Notes: a model not told the origin generated them from the sequence alone. DNA of 64,000 nt from Flectonema sp. DT1601 (GCA_964019425.1 OZ025793.1:496001-560000), one strand, 5' to 3'. Shown: positions 25,672-38,217, counted from the first letter of the stretch. A program made the numbers and translations.

Positions 25672-27794
25672 TGGCTACTTTGGTCTTAATTCAGCTTCTC
25701 ATGTTCTATCGATTGTTAAGTTGTTAGCCGTATTATGATGTAATAAGTTTTGTTTATTCTTCTTTTCATAATTATCAACGTGTGGATGTTACTACTTTTT
25801 CACAGATGGAATTCCAGCTGACTGGGGAAAAAGGAAAAAAAAAAAAAAAATAATAATAATAATAAAAAAAAAAAATGAAATATAGGAAAAAAACGTAGAA
25901 TGAAAATAAAACCTGATGACATGGTCTGTAATTCTTTCCCGTATTCTGTTAAACGTTCTCACTTTCTTTTTGTTGTCAGCGTCCTTTCCTTTCCTTTTTA
26001 GGTTAGCATATATTTGGTTATTTAAGTCGTAGAAGCCGAGAAAGTTTCTTTTTTTTTTTCTTGTGATACTATTAAGGGCCATGATATGGTTATGCTGTTC
26101 TTTCTTTCTGCGTTGTCCACGAGTAAGGAAGTGAGAAAGCAGCACGAATTACGACGAAGAACTGGGCAGCAAAATCATTGTTCTTTCTGTATTTTTTTTT
26201 TATTTTTTTTTGTTTGTTTGTTTTTTTATATAAGTAAACACGGTTTGGTCACGATCAAGGGATCTTTTTTTTTTTTTTTTTGTCTTTTTAAGGATCCTGC
26301 AAAAAAAAAAAATGGAAAAAAAAAATGTGCGTGATAAGACTCTTATTCGAGTCAAGGCTGGAAAATCCAAAAAAAAAAAAACCCTAAAAAAAAGTCGGTT
26401 GATGTCTTTTTTATGGGCAAAACAGATGCATGCACATTTTTTTTTGTTTTTTTTTCGTTCTCTTTTTTGTTTTGTTTTTGTTTTCAAGGGTGAGGATGAC
26501 AGCCAACATCACGATCTTCACTTCTCAAGGATTAGTGGCCAAATCGTAAATCGGGGAACTAGTTAGGTGCATTGATAAAGTACTGTCTAGCCTCCTCACT
26601 ACCATTCTTTTCCGACCTCCTACAAAAATAAAATAAGTAAATTACGACTTCTTAATAGTTCGAAACAAGTCTAGGGGATTGATGTAAATAACGCAGACGG
26701 GTATAAGGGAAGAAAAGACTTGTCATATTCTCTCTCTTAAATGGGATGGAGAAGTGTCTGACTAGGTGCTTAGTTGAATTCTTCTAATTCCATCAAAACC
26801 TCCAAGTGCGACGTGCTCAACGTGTCTACGTCTCAACGTCTCGCGCCTTTATATTTGCAGTGTTGTTGTTGTTGTTGTTGTTGTTGTTTTTTTTTTTTTT
26901 TTTTTTTTGGAATATTCCTTTGGGTCCAACAAGTTCCTTGTTAGGACGAAAAAAAAAAAAAAAAAAATTGGCCAACTTTCGTTTTTTTTAACTTGACACT
27001 TTTGTTTTGTCTGTGCGCAATGGTAGGTAAAATCTTAATAATAAAAGCAGTTACGTATTTAAAAAAAATAAATAAATAAATGAATAAATGAATAAATAAA
27101 GTCAGCACCACGTTTTTAGCTCAACTACTTAATTACTTGTCCACTTAAGGCAAGCATAGGTTATAGCTATATAACTGCAATCTTCGCGATTGGGTCCTTA
27201 CTGATGCGGGCTACCGATGGAAATGATGTTGAAACTGATGAAAGGCCAAAAAGGGACAACTTTTATAAGATTATGGTCTAAAACTAGGTATTCCAATGGT
27301 GTTCTTCAGAACAGCAGAACAACTTAATGTTTTCACTATCTTATTTTTTTTTTCAAAATGCAATTTTTTTTTTAAAATAATCTCATATACTAGCTATTGC
27401 ACGAAAAATCAAAGATGGTCTCTCGACTACTACCAAACTATAAGCAAAAAAAACGAAAGTTGGCGTGTTAAAGAACCGAGTCTCCCCTGATAGGGGGAAA
27501 GAAGGGAAAAAATAAATAAACAAAACGGCAATAATTCTGCCTAAATACTTATTTCAGTTTAGTTTAAAAATGCAATAACGTTTTGATAGTGGTGTAGAGG
27601 GTTTATTTTTTTCAGTTTGGCTGGTTTAGTTGTCCGCTCCGCAACTGAAGCTTTGCTCTTTGCTTTGCTTCCTGCCAGTCGGCTTTGACTTCTTTCCTGC
27701 TGATTCGGTTCTTTCTCTGGCTACTACTTTATAATTTGATCCTTTTTTCCCCATCTTTAAAATATCTAGCCCCGTCTCACGTTAGCTGTATGGG

Positions 27795-27827
<33 letters not shown>

Positions 27828-28237
27828 AGGACAAGAAAATACAGCCACAACTGTGCAAAAGGGAAAAAAAAAAAAAAAAAAAAAAGCATATTTTTGAAAA
27901 GTCTATTATTTTATTCCAACGACAAGAAGAAAAAAAGAGAGTAAGACACGGGAAAACGAAAAAAAAAAAAAAAAAAACGAGGAAAGCAGGGCCTGCGATA
28001 GGGCCTGCGATGACAGAACGGGGTCACCCTCAGGATATTAATCTATTCAAGGTTTCGATGAAGTAAAATAGTTTACTTTGTCGCTCAACTATGGAAATAA
28101 AGTACATTGTTGGCAGAAACTACTATGAGATAATGTTTTGTTATATTTTAACTGTCGGTTGTTTAGGTTTGTTTATTCTTTTAATATAAAATATCTTCTT
28201 GCAGTTATTATATTTCAAAAACCCACAACCCACAACA

Positions 28238-29068
28238 ATGTTGAGAACCGCATCCATCTTCGCTGTTTTGGCCACCGCAGTGTGCCAGCCAACCCGAACC
28301 GAGACGTTAACACTAACAGGAACTGTCACCAAGACGTTGCCAACAGCAACTGCAACTTTCAGTAAGACGTTGCCAACACCAACCAACACCAAGACGTTGC
28401 CAACACCAACAAGAACTATGACTCTGCCAACCAGAACTGTCAGTATGACTTTGCCTCCAACTAACGCGCCAACTACTGCATCAACTCCAATACCAACTAC
28501 TGTCGGAGCAGTTCAGCAGGACGCAGCTGTTCAGTTCGTTGTGAACATGGAATTGACTGATCTGGTGGCACAGATTAGTGCAATCACAACTGCGGCAACC
28601 GGTGCCTTGGGTTCCACAACTGCCGTCGCCTGTGTAAACATCTGTGAGTTGGCTGCCACAGGTAACGCTCTTAGTGGTAACTGCTTCACCTGTGCCGGAG
28701 TAGCTCAGTCGAGAGGTGTTGCTGTTTTGGCTCCAGCTAGATACCGCACAGCATTGACTGGACGTACTGCCCTCACCCAGGCCCTCGCCCAAACCCGTCT
28801 TGCTGCTTCCATCAGAGCCATCATCGTGGCTGCTGGAGGTACCTTCGAGTCTGTCACTGTCACTCTCACAGCCATCGCTACCGACAGTGACGACGGTCTA
28901 AGTGGTGGAGCCATTGCCGGTATTGTTATTGGATGCGTTGCATTCGTTGTTATCGTCGTTGTGTTGGTTTACTGCTGTTGCTGCAAACAGGAAGAGCATG
29001 CCGAAAACGACTCCTCATCCGACTCCAGTGCTGAGAAGGAGAAGGAGACCAGCCCTGACCAGGTCTAA
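28238..29068 (+). CDS. Mucin-like type-I membrane protein, subfamily A, copy M1 (276 aa)
   Basis: Signal peptide, Thr/Pro repeats, conserved 4-Cys globular domain, TM GLSGGAIAGIVIG..., CCCC and acidic tail. ATG assigned by homology with paralogs. Confidence 0.92.
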   Translation: MLRTASIFAVLATAVCQPTRTETLTLTGTVTKTLPTATATFSKTLPTPTNTKTLPTPTRTMTLPTRTVSMTLPPTNAPTTASTPIPTTVGAVQQDAAVQFVVNMELTDLVAQISAITTAATGALGSTTAVACVNICELAATGNALSGNCFTCAGVAQSRGVAVLAPARYRTALTGRTALTQALAQTRLAASIRAIIVAAGGTFESVTVTLTAIATDSDDGLSGGAIAGIVIGCVAFVVIVVVLVYCCCCKQEEHAENDSSSDSSAEKEKETSPDQV

Positions 29069-30062
29069 ATGCTTGCTTTAATTACATTACATTACAGAAA
29101 CGATTAACTTGTTCTGTGCTTTCTAACGAATACATTAACGAACACCATAAAACTTTTAAGGAGAAATCTTCTCCAATGTTTTATGTCTCTCTCTTAAATT
29201 GAATTATATTTTTTTTGAAAGCTGACAGACTCCGCTATTTTCTGATGGCAACACTGTTGCATAAGATGACATTGCGGAGAATTAAACCTAGCTTTCATGT
29301 ATTTCTTTTTTTTATTCTTTTTGCCGACGTTCGGTACTTTCTTTTATCATTTGCGAACAAAAATATTTTTTTTTAAATTCTGTGAAATTTCTATTGCTAG
29401 ATGATAGTACAGACACTTAAATATCACTCGGACTGCTTAAGACACTTTTACGTTTTGTCTGCCATTCGACTGCAGCCTGACACAAAAAAATAAATTAAAT
29501 AACTCGGGTTGAGATTCAGATTCAAGGTCCGAAACTACTTTGCTGGCTTCCATTGTCTGCAGTAATCGAGGGTACCGTTTGTTATTGTTTTTTCTATCAC
29601 ATTGTTAAAATGCAATTCTCGAGCTTCACTAATACTGAGTTGCGTATTGGGTGGTTGAACGGACACTTCGGGTGTTGTGTTCGCAACTTAGCGATGCTCT
29701 CATTATCAGCAGTTGAGGGAATTGGGTTGTAACTTATTTCGTTGTTTCCTTAATTCAAAAAAAAAAAGGGCAGGGGTTTTATTTTTTGTGTGTGTTTTTC
29801 CCTTTTTTTTTTTTTAAATTACTTTTCTTCTCAATTTTCTTTATCAAATAAATTCCTCCCTGCTGGTTTTACCTTTTTTTATCTGATGACGTATTTTATT
29901 CTGTTTTTACGTTTCTTCGTTATTTAGACAGAAAAAAAATATTCATGAAGCACTTCGATGTGGGCTATGTTTTCTTATAGTTACTCACTTGTTGGCTGAC
30001 AATTAAGTTCGTAATTTAATTTATCTCTCACAGATTTATTTCTAATTCCACAACCCACAACA

Positions 30063-31121
30063 ATGTTGAGAACCGCATCCATCTTCGCTGTTTTGGCTAC
30101 CGCAGTGTGCCAGCCAACCCGAACCGAGACGTTAACACTAACGGGAACTACCAGTTTGACTTTGAGAACAAGAACTCTCTCCGAGACATTAAGAACGAGA
30201 ACTCTCTCCGCGACGTTGCCAACACCAACAAGCACCGCAACTATCACGGGAACTGACACCATGACGTTGCCAACACCAACAAGCACCGCAACTATCACGG
30301 GAACTGACACCATGACGTTGCCAACACCAACAAACACTGCTACTCTTACGGTAACTGACACCAAGACGTTGCGAACACCAACAAACACTGCTACTCTTAC
30401 GGTAACGGACACTAAGACGTTGCGAACACCAACAAACACTGCTACCAAGACGTTGCCAACACCAACCGTCACTAAAACGGGAACTGCCAGTCTTACCATT
30501 CGCCCAGTTACTGCTGCACCAACTATTGCATCAACTCCAACACCAACCACCGTCGGAGGAGTTCAGCAGGACGCAGCTGTTCAGTTCATTGTGAACATGG
30601 AGTTGGCTGATCTGGTGGCACAGATTGGTGCAATCACAACTGCGGCAACCGGTGCCTTGGGTTCCACAACTGCCGTCACCTGTGTAAACATCTGTGAGCT
30701 GGCTGCCACAGGTAACGCTCTCACTGGTACTTGCTTTAACTGTGACGGAACAGCGCAGTCGAGAGGTGTTGCTGTTTTGGCTCCAGCTAGATACCGCACA
30801 GCATTGACTGGACGTACTGCCCTCACCCAGGCCGTCATCCAAACCCGTCTTGCTGCTTCCATCAGACCGATCATTGTGGGTGCTGGAGGTACTTTCGAAT
30901 CTGTTACTGTCACTCTCACAGCCATCGCTACCGACAGTGACGACGGTCTAAGTGGTGGAGCCATTGCCGGTATTGTTATTGGATGCGTTGCATTTGTTGT
31001 TATCGTCGTTGTGTTGGTTTACTGCTGTTGCTGCAAACAGGAAGAGCAGGCCGAAAGCGACTCCTCATCTGCCTCTGAGGAGAAGAAGGAGAATGAGACC
31101 AGCCCTGATCAGGTTGTTTAA
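30063..31121 (+). CDS. Mucin-like membrane protein, subfamily A, copy M2 (352 aa)
   Basis: Same architecture, with 20-aa repeats TLPTPTSTATITGTDTM-type. Confidence 0.92.
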   Translation: MLRTASIFAVLATAVCQPTRTETLTLTGTTSLTLRTRTLSETLRTRTLSATLPTPTSTATITGTDTMTLPTPTSTATITGTDTMTLPTPTNTATLTVTDTKTLRTPTNTATLTVTDTKTLRTPTNTATKTLPTPTVTKTGTASLTIRPVTAAPTIASTPTPTTVGGVQQDAAVQFIVNMELADLVAQIGAITTAATGALGSTTAVTCVNICELAATGNALTGTCFNCDGTAQSRGVAVLAPARYRTALTGRTALTQAVIQTRLAASIRPIIVGAGGTFESVTVTLTAIATDSDDGLSGGAIAGIVIGCVAFVVIVVVLVYCCCCKQEEQAESDSSSASEEKKENETSPDQVV

Positions 31122-32431
31122 ATTATCCTAGTGCTGTCTCTCCTAACTTATGAAACACAATATCACGTTGTTTTTAGTCAACACAACGGAACGGAAGTAC
31201 TACATTCAAACCTATGTAATTACTTTTATAATAATTAGCATAGAGTATGGCATCCGTACAAAATTGTATCTAATTTTCAAGCGACTAATCTCTTTTCCGA
31301 TTCTCTCACTGTGTGCCTTCTGCATGCATTGATTTACGAGAAGATTCCCTAGTGGCTTTATTGCTATTAAAATAAAATCTTCGTGATAAATTGGTTTCCT
31401 AGATTTTTGGGGAGGTGGAATGAACAAAACATGCTATCAACAAAAAAAAAAAAAAAAAAACTCTTTCTCAGAATACTTTGAAGACAAAGAAAAGTAAAAG
31501 AACTGTAATAGCACGTGGTTTCTTCCCGGCATTCAAAAAAAAAAAAAAAAGAAAAAAAAAAAAAAAAAACAAAAACAATAAAAACGCGTCTGTGTGTAAA
31601 AGAAAACAAGAATACAGTGAACCCAAGAAAGCCAGGAATATAGAGTTTTGAGGCTTGTTCCTTCAATTTTTTAATGAATTGCCTGGTTCGAGCTCTCAAA
31701 ATTGAACAGTATTAACTACAGTTCCTTTGGATTTATTGATTACTCTCTATCCACCTCAATTCAGTGAATTTCATGTTTTTGATTTTTTATAGCTTCACTC
31801 GGACTGTTTGATGAATAACGTTGAAGAATACTGTTAAATTTAGATTAAAATCGGACAGAAAAAAGTTATCTTTGACACTCATCCTGTAGTAATCGAGGGA
31901 ATGCACATCCGCTACGGCTTCCATTCCATTTGGTGGGCCCTCTTTCCTTTTTTTTTCATTCAAATTCCCGTTCTTAGTTCAAATTCCCGTTCTTCCCTTT
32001 TTTTTGTGGTAGAAAATTCCTCTCTTGTTAAGCGATTTGATTGTGGACAGCAAGGAAAAAAACAAAAAGAACGAAAATACTGTTAAGATTATTGGCGGTG
32101 TACCTGGTGCACAACCGAAGTCAACCAGGTGTATATAGGCTAAGCATAATAAAAATGCGCCACTTCTCCGTGATTTATACATAGGAGATTTCGTGGCAGC
32201 CTTTTGCTCTGCTCTTTGTTCATAGTCGTTGCCTTTTCCTCCCGAGTTACGCGCCGGCAAAATTAGTTGGTTGCGTCAAGGGAAATACACCCTCTTACAT
32301 CGGTGGTGTATCAGCTACCGATAATATGATCATTTTTATTGCATTGTTGAGGTTGTCCATTTCGATTATAAATTATTGTTTTCTTCCTTTACAGTTTCCT
32401 AATAATCACAACAAAACCACAACCCACAACA

Positions 32432-33259
32432 ATGTTGAGAACCGCATCCATCTTCGCTGTTTTGGCCACCGCAGTGTGCCAGCCAACCCGAACCGAGACG
32501 TTAACACTAACAGGAACTGTCACCAAGACGTTGCCAACAGCAACTGCAACTTTCAGTAAGACGTTGCCAACACCAACCAACACCAAGACGTTGCCAACAC
32601 CAACAAGAACTATGACTCTGCCAACCAGAACTGTCAGTATGACTTTGCCTCCAACTAACGCGCCAACTACTGCATCAACTCCAATACCAACTACTGTCGG
32701 AGCAGTTCAGCAGGACGCAGCTGTTCAGTTCGTTGTGAACATGGAATTGACTGATCTGGTGGCACAGATTAGTGCAATCACAACTGCGGCAACCGGTGCC
32801 TTGGGTTCCACAACTGCCGTCGCCTGTGTAAACATCTGTGAGTTGGCTGCCACAGGTAACGCTCTTAGTGGTAACTGCTTCACCTGTGCCGGAGTAGCTC
32901 AGTCGAGAGGTGTTGCTGTTTTGGCTCCAGCTAGATACCGCACAGCATTGACTGGACGTACTGCCCTCACCCAGGCCCTCGCCCAAACCCGTCTTGCTGC
33001 TTCCATCAGAGCCATCATCGTGGCTGCTGGAGGTACCTTCGAGTCTGTCACTGTCACTCTCACAGCCATCGCTACCGACAGTGACGACGGTCTAAGTGGT
33101 GGAGCCATTGCCGGTATTGTTATTGGATGCGTTGCATTTGTTGTTATCATTGTGGTTGTGGTCTACTGTTGTTGCTGCAAACAGGAAGCGGGAGAAGCTG
33201 CTGAAGACTCTTCCGCCGAAGAAGAAGAGAACAAGGAGACCAGCCCTGATCAGGTCTAA
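32432..33259 (+). CDS. Mucin-like membrane protein, subfamily A, copy M3 (275 aa)
   Basis: Ectodomain identical to M1/M4, different TM end and tail. Confidence 0.92.
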   Translation: MLRTASIFAVLATAVCQPTRTETLTLTGTVTKTLPTATATFSKTLPTPTNTKTLPTPTRTMTLPTRTVSMTLPPTNAPTTASTPIPTTVGAVQQDAAVQFVVNMELTDLVAQISAITTAATGALGSTTAVACVNICELAATGNALSGNCFTCAGVAQSRGVAVLAPARYRTALTGRTALTQALAQTRLAASIRAIIVAAGGTFESVTVTLTAIATDSDDGLSGGAIAGIVIGCVAFVVIIVVVVYCCCCKQEAGEAAEDSSAEEEENKETSPDQV

Positions 33260-34394
33260 AGAGAGGACTGTTAGTATTATTCTTACCGTTTATTGTAATT
33301 AAAGAACAAAAAATCGTGTGATTTTTTCCTCACTAATATGAAACAATAAATTTCTTCGATTTTGTTCATTTTTTTGCAAAAATTTCCATTTTTTTTCTTG
33401 TTTCCTTTTTTTTTTTTTTTTTTTTCGTTCACCCTACCAACAGGGTTGGCTCTATGGGACCAACTTTGAAACAGGAGTACGGTAGAAAGGTAATCTTATT
33501 TATTGACAGCAATTGAGGTGATTCTCTTATTTGATGCAAGTACAACATCGGCCGTCTTTAATTGCTTGGTTTACGTCAAGTGGTTTTTGACTGCAGATTC
33601 ATTCGTCATTTCTCCCCATTGAGAGTCACACAGCTGTGGTAATCACTGATACCTTCCCCCCCCGTAATTATTAACATGCAGACAAATGGTTATAAAATTA
33701 ACCGATATAAACACGTAAATTGGTATCGTGGACAATCTCTGGTATTAAACGAGTTTTATTGGCTTTTGCTGTAGCGTTTTCGTATTAGACTCCTTTCTAA
33801 GAGCGACTCAGGTAATTAATCTCCTCCGATAATGGTTTGACCAAAAATAGAAGAGAAAAATACATATTCCTGAGAGCAGCTGTAGCTCTAGCTTCCTTGG
33901 TCAGTATTATTTCGTTAAATTCCAGAGTCTTATTCCCTTTTTTTGAAACTCTTCATATCAGTAGTAGTAAATTATACAGCAGATGCCTTCAGCGTCTTGC
34001 GGCTATCGTTCAATGTAAAATCTTTTTTTTTCCTCTCTTTTATTTTCTTTCTACTCTAGTTAATGCAATTCCTGAGCTTTCTATTGGCAGCTGACAAATA
34101 TCCTACTCCTGCAGGGCTCGCACCACTTCAGCGGTGTTATCACTCGGGTGACCTTAATTGGTTCTTCCCTGCTTCGGTCAGCTGCACTTGTATAGCCAGA
34201 CACCAGTCCCTTGTTGAAACAAAAAAAAAAAAAAAAAAAGTCCTCTGCACTCTCTCACATATCGCGTGGTGTATCAGCTACCGATAATATGATCATTTTT
34301 ATTGCATTGTTGAGGTTGTCCATTTCGATTATAAATTATTGTTTTCTTCCTTTACAGTTTCCTAATAATCACAACAAAACCACAACCCACAACA

Positions 34395-35225
34395 ATGTTG
34401 AGAACCGCATCCATCTTCGCTGTTTTGGCCACCGCAGTGTGCCAGCCAACCCGAACCGAGACGTTAACACTAACAGGAACTGTCACCAAGACGTTGCCAA
34501 CAGCAACTGCAACTTTCAGTAAGACGTTGCCAACACCAACCAACACCAAGACGTTGCCAACACCAACAAGAACTATGACTCTGCCAACCAGAACTGTCAG
34601 TATGACTTTGCCTCCAACTAACGCGCCAACTACTGCATCAACTCCAATACCAACTACTGTCGGAGCAGTTCAGCAGGACGCAGCTGTTCAGTTCGTTGTG
34701 AACATGGAATTGACTGATCTGGTGGCACAGATTAGTGCAATCACAACTGCGGCAACCGGTGCCTTGGGTTCCACAACTGCCGTCGCCTGTGTAAACATCT
34801 GTGAGTTGGCTGCCACAGGTAACGCTCTTAGTGGTAACTGCTTCACCTGTGCCGGAGTAGCTCAGTCGAGAGGTGTTGCTGTTTTGGCTCCAGCTAGATA
34901 CCGCACAGCATTGACTGGACGTACTGCCCTCACCCAGGCCCTCGCCCAAACCCGTCTTGCTGCTTCCATCAGAGCCATCATCGTGGCTGCTGGAGGTACC
35001 TTCGAGTCTGTCACTGTCACTCTCACAGCCATCGCTACCGACAGTGACGACGGTCTAAGTGGTGGAGCCATTGCCGGTATTGTTATTGGATGCGTTGCAT
35101 TCGTTGTTATCGTCGTTGTGTTGGTTTACTGCTGTTGCTGCAAACAGGAAGAGCATGCCGAAAACGACTCCTCATCCGACTCCAGTGCTGAGAAGGAGAA
35201 GGAGACCAGCCCTGACCAGGTCTAA
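34395..35225 (+). CDS. Mucin-like membrane protein, subfamily A, copy M4 (276 aa)
   Basis: Protein identical to M1. Confidence 0.92.
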   Translation: MLRTASIFAVLATAVCQPTRTETLTLTGTVTKTLPTATATFSKTLPTPTNTKTLPTPTRTMTLPTRTVSMTLPPTNAPTTASTPIPTTVGAVQQDAAVQFVVNMELTDLVAQISAITTAATGALGSTTAVACVNICELAATGNALSGNCFTCAGVAQSRGVAVLAPARYRTALTGRTALTQALAQTRLAASIRAIIVAAGGTFESVTVTLTAIATDSDDGLSGGAIAGIVIGCVAFVVIVVVLVYCCCCKQEEHAENDSSSDSSAEKEKETSPDQV

Positions 35226-36427
35226 AGCGGTTGTTAGTGGTTGTACAATCCAAAAATCAAATCTACAATGATGAATCTGTTAACTATTTTCTCTATGTTG
35301 CTACGTGCAGCTTTAGGTCTCTCTGGATCTGGGAGACACCGTGATACATAAAAACGATACGAAACCTTTCAAATATTTGTTCTGTCTGCCTCGTGGAAAA
35401 GAAAAGAAAAAAAGAAAACAAAAACAAGAAAATAAAATAAAAAAATACGAACAAAAACACGAGCTTGATTTCTTTTCACTCGGACTGCAGCAGTGTCAAT
35501 AGAATTGAATAGGAACTTAGGGCAGGCTAAAAAAACTGAACTAAAAACCGATTTTTAAAACGTCCTGTTTCATAATTGCGCAGTAATCGAGGGAATGTTT
35601 TGTCAGAAATGCTGTTTTTCCTCTCTTTTTGAGCTATCTAATCGTAGTATACTCATGTATACTCGTCATAATTCAGACGAATCGATGTCTCATGCAAAAA
35701 AAGACATTGCAAGTTAATAAAAATACCAACTGCAATGCGTTTCAATTCCTCGGTGGTAGACCGTTGTGGGATCACGAGGGATGTATACTGTATGAGTCAT
35801 ATGTGGTGTCGGTAACAAATCTCATCCTCATTGCTTTCCTCCGGCTTGCTTCTTAGAGTAGAATTCATCGATCTTCATCTCTGTCATGCATTGATGTTTT
35901 TAGTATAATATTCGCTTTATGCAAACAAGTCTTTTTCTTTACGACAGTTTTTTTTCTCTTTATTTTCCCTTGTTGAGCCAGTCTCAACAAAGGAGGAAAA
36001 AAAAAAAAAACGAGAAAAAAAAAAAAAACTTTCATTTCTTTTCTTAAAATCAGTGGTGTCCATCAGCTGCTGATTTTTCAAATCATTTCATTAAATTTGT
36101 TGAGTTTCTCAAATTTATATTTCTTTTTGTTTTTCTTTACAGGTTGCTACTTTTAATTATGCTCAAGGCAGTCCACACAAACTCCCGCAGCAAGCAATTA
36201 TTACTGATTCCTACAGCAATGATGGCAGTGAATTGCATGGTTCAAACGGCTTGACCGATTATTTATTTTCTGTTCTGGCCGACCACTAGAAACTCTTACG
36301 GTGTTGATGTCGTATGCTGAAGCAGATTACTTTATCACGTTATTGAGATTGTCCATTTCTATTATAAATTATTGTTTTCTTCCTTTACAGCTTCCTAATA
36401 ATCACAACAAACCCACTACCCACAACA

Positions 36428-37411
36428 ATGTTGAGAACCGCATCCATCTTCGCTGTTTTGGCTACCGCAGTGTGCCAGCCAACCCGAACCGAGACGTTAA
36501 CACTAACAGGAACTGTCACCAAGACGTTGCCAACAGCAACTGCAACATTCAGTAAGACGTTGCCAACACCAACAGATACCATGACTTTGCCAACACCAAC
36601 CTCAACTTTCAGTAAGACGTTACCAACACCAACAGACACCATGACGTTACCAACACCAACTGCAACTTCTAGTATCACAATAACTAACAGTATCACGAAA
36701 ACTAACAGTATCACGGGAACCGACACCAAAACGTTGCCAACACCAACAAGAACCATGACTCTGCCAACCAGAACTGCCAGTATGACTTTGCCTGTAACTA
36801 GCGCACCAACTACTGCGACAACCCCAACACCAACCACTGTCGGAGGAGTTCAGCGGGACGCAGCCATTCAGTTCATTGTGAACATGGAGTTGGCTGATCT
36901 GGTGGCACAGATTGGTGCAATCAGAACTGCAGCAGCCGGGGTATTGGGTTCCACAACTGCCGTCACCTGTGTAAACATCTGTGAGTTGGCTGCCACAGGT
37001 AACGCTCTTAGTGGTAACTGCTTCACCTGTGCCGGAGTAGCTCAGTCGAGAGGTGTTGCTGTTTTGGCTCCAGCTAGATACCGCACAGCATTGACTGGAC
37101 GTACTGCCCTCACCCAGGCCCTCGCCCAAACCCGTCTTGCTGCTTCCATCAGAGCCATCATCGTGGCTGCTGGAGGTACCTTCGAATCTGTCACTGTCAC
37201 TCTCACCGCCGTCGCTACCGACAGTGACGACGGTCTAAGTGGTGGAGCCATTGCGGGTATTGTTATTGGATGTGTTTCATTTGTTGTTATCATTGTGGTT
37301 GTGGTCTACTGTTTTTGCTTCAAGCAGCAGAAGGAACAACAGACCGCAGACGACTCGCCATCTTCCGCCGCCGCCGCCGAAGAGAAGGAGACCAGCCCTG
37401 ACCAGGTCTAA
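36428..37411 (+). CDS. Mucin-like membrane protein, subfamily A, copy M5 (327 aa)
   Basis: Same architecture, longer repeat region, CFCF tail. Confidence 0.92.
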   Translation: MLRTASIFAVLATAVCQPTRTETLTLTGTVTKTLPTATATFSKTLPTPTDTMTLPTPTSTFSKTLPTPTDTMTLPTPTATSSITITNSITKTNSITGTDTKTLPTPTRTMTLPTRTASMTLPVTSAPTTATTPTPTTVGGVQRDAAIQFIVNMELADLVAQIGAIRTAAAGVLGSTTAVTCVNICELAATGNALSGNCFTCAGVAQSRGVAVLAPARYRTALTGRTALTQALAQTRLAASIRAIIVAAGGTFESVTVTLTAVATDSDDGLSGGAIAGIVIGCVSFVVIIVVVVYCFCFKQQKEQQTADDSPSSAAAAEEKETSPDQV

Positions 37412-38217
37412 AATATATGAAAGTTACTGTTGTGAAGTAATCACAACGTAATTAAACCCGCTCTCGGCAATGTCACAACGGAAGTTCTTGTTGTAGTTAA
37501 TGATGGATAGCCATTATTAATGAAGCAAATAACCAACGTTTCGCATTGCCGTTGATGTGTTTGATTTGGGCTGTCAGGTTTTTCCGAGTGGCAGCTTAAG
37601 GGGTCAATCAGAAAAGCCTTGAATAACTTCCTTCTCAGATATTTGATTTATAAAATAATGGTGCGGTTTAATAAAGTATTTAAATTGATCAATAGTTGTA
37701 GTCCCAGTGGGAGTTTCTTCCTGCCTCGCTTAGAGGAGTTGGCTCTGCTATGAGTGTGTTTGGGTCAGACTTTTCTGATATCTGAGTAAGGACCTGCTCA
37801 GCTATTAAACTTCAAAGTACTTAGCACACCTTTAGCACTACCCTCCTGCCATACTTCCAAGTGAGTAGTTACATTTTTATTCCTCTCTCTTACGAAAGAT
37901 ATCGATTGCGCCAGTCGATTCCTTTGTCCCAATAAGTCAAGACATTCATTAACATTGAGTCTGTTTTGCTCAACCCATTTCACCCTTCTGAACTATAAAA
38001 TACAATGCTTCTATTTTTATACATGAAGCTTTTGTGATTTATTTGTCTTCTTGATGATTTATTACTCTGTGGCATCTCATTCTGTAATGTGGCCAAAATG
38101 GGTAGTCTCTCTCGCATAATAGTGGTATCAAACCGCTAACGACTTATAATTGTTTCATCGCGTTGTTGAGGTTAGATTGTATGTTCATTTCTTCACAGTT
38201 TTTCACAAGCTCGCAAT

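Noticed and set aside
27988..28012. Short tandem duplications (agggcctgcgat x2; cagctga x3 at 21131)
   Set aside because: Ordinary slippage repeats with no further support
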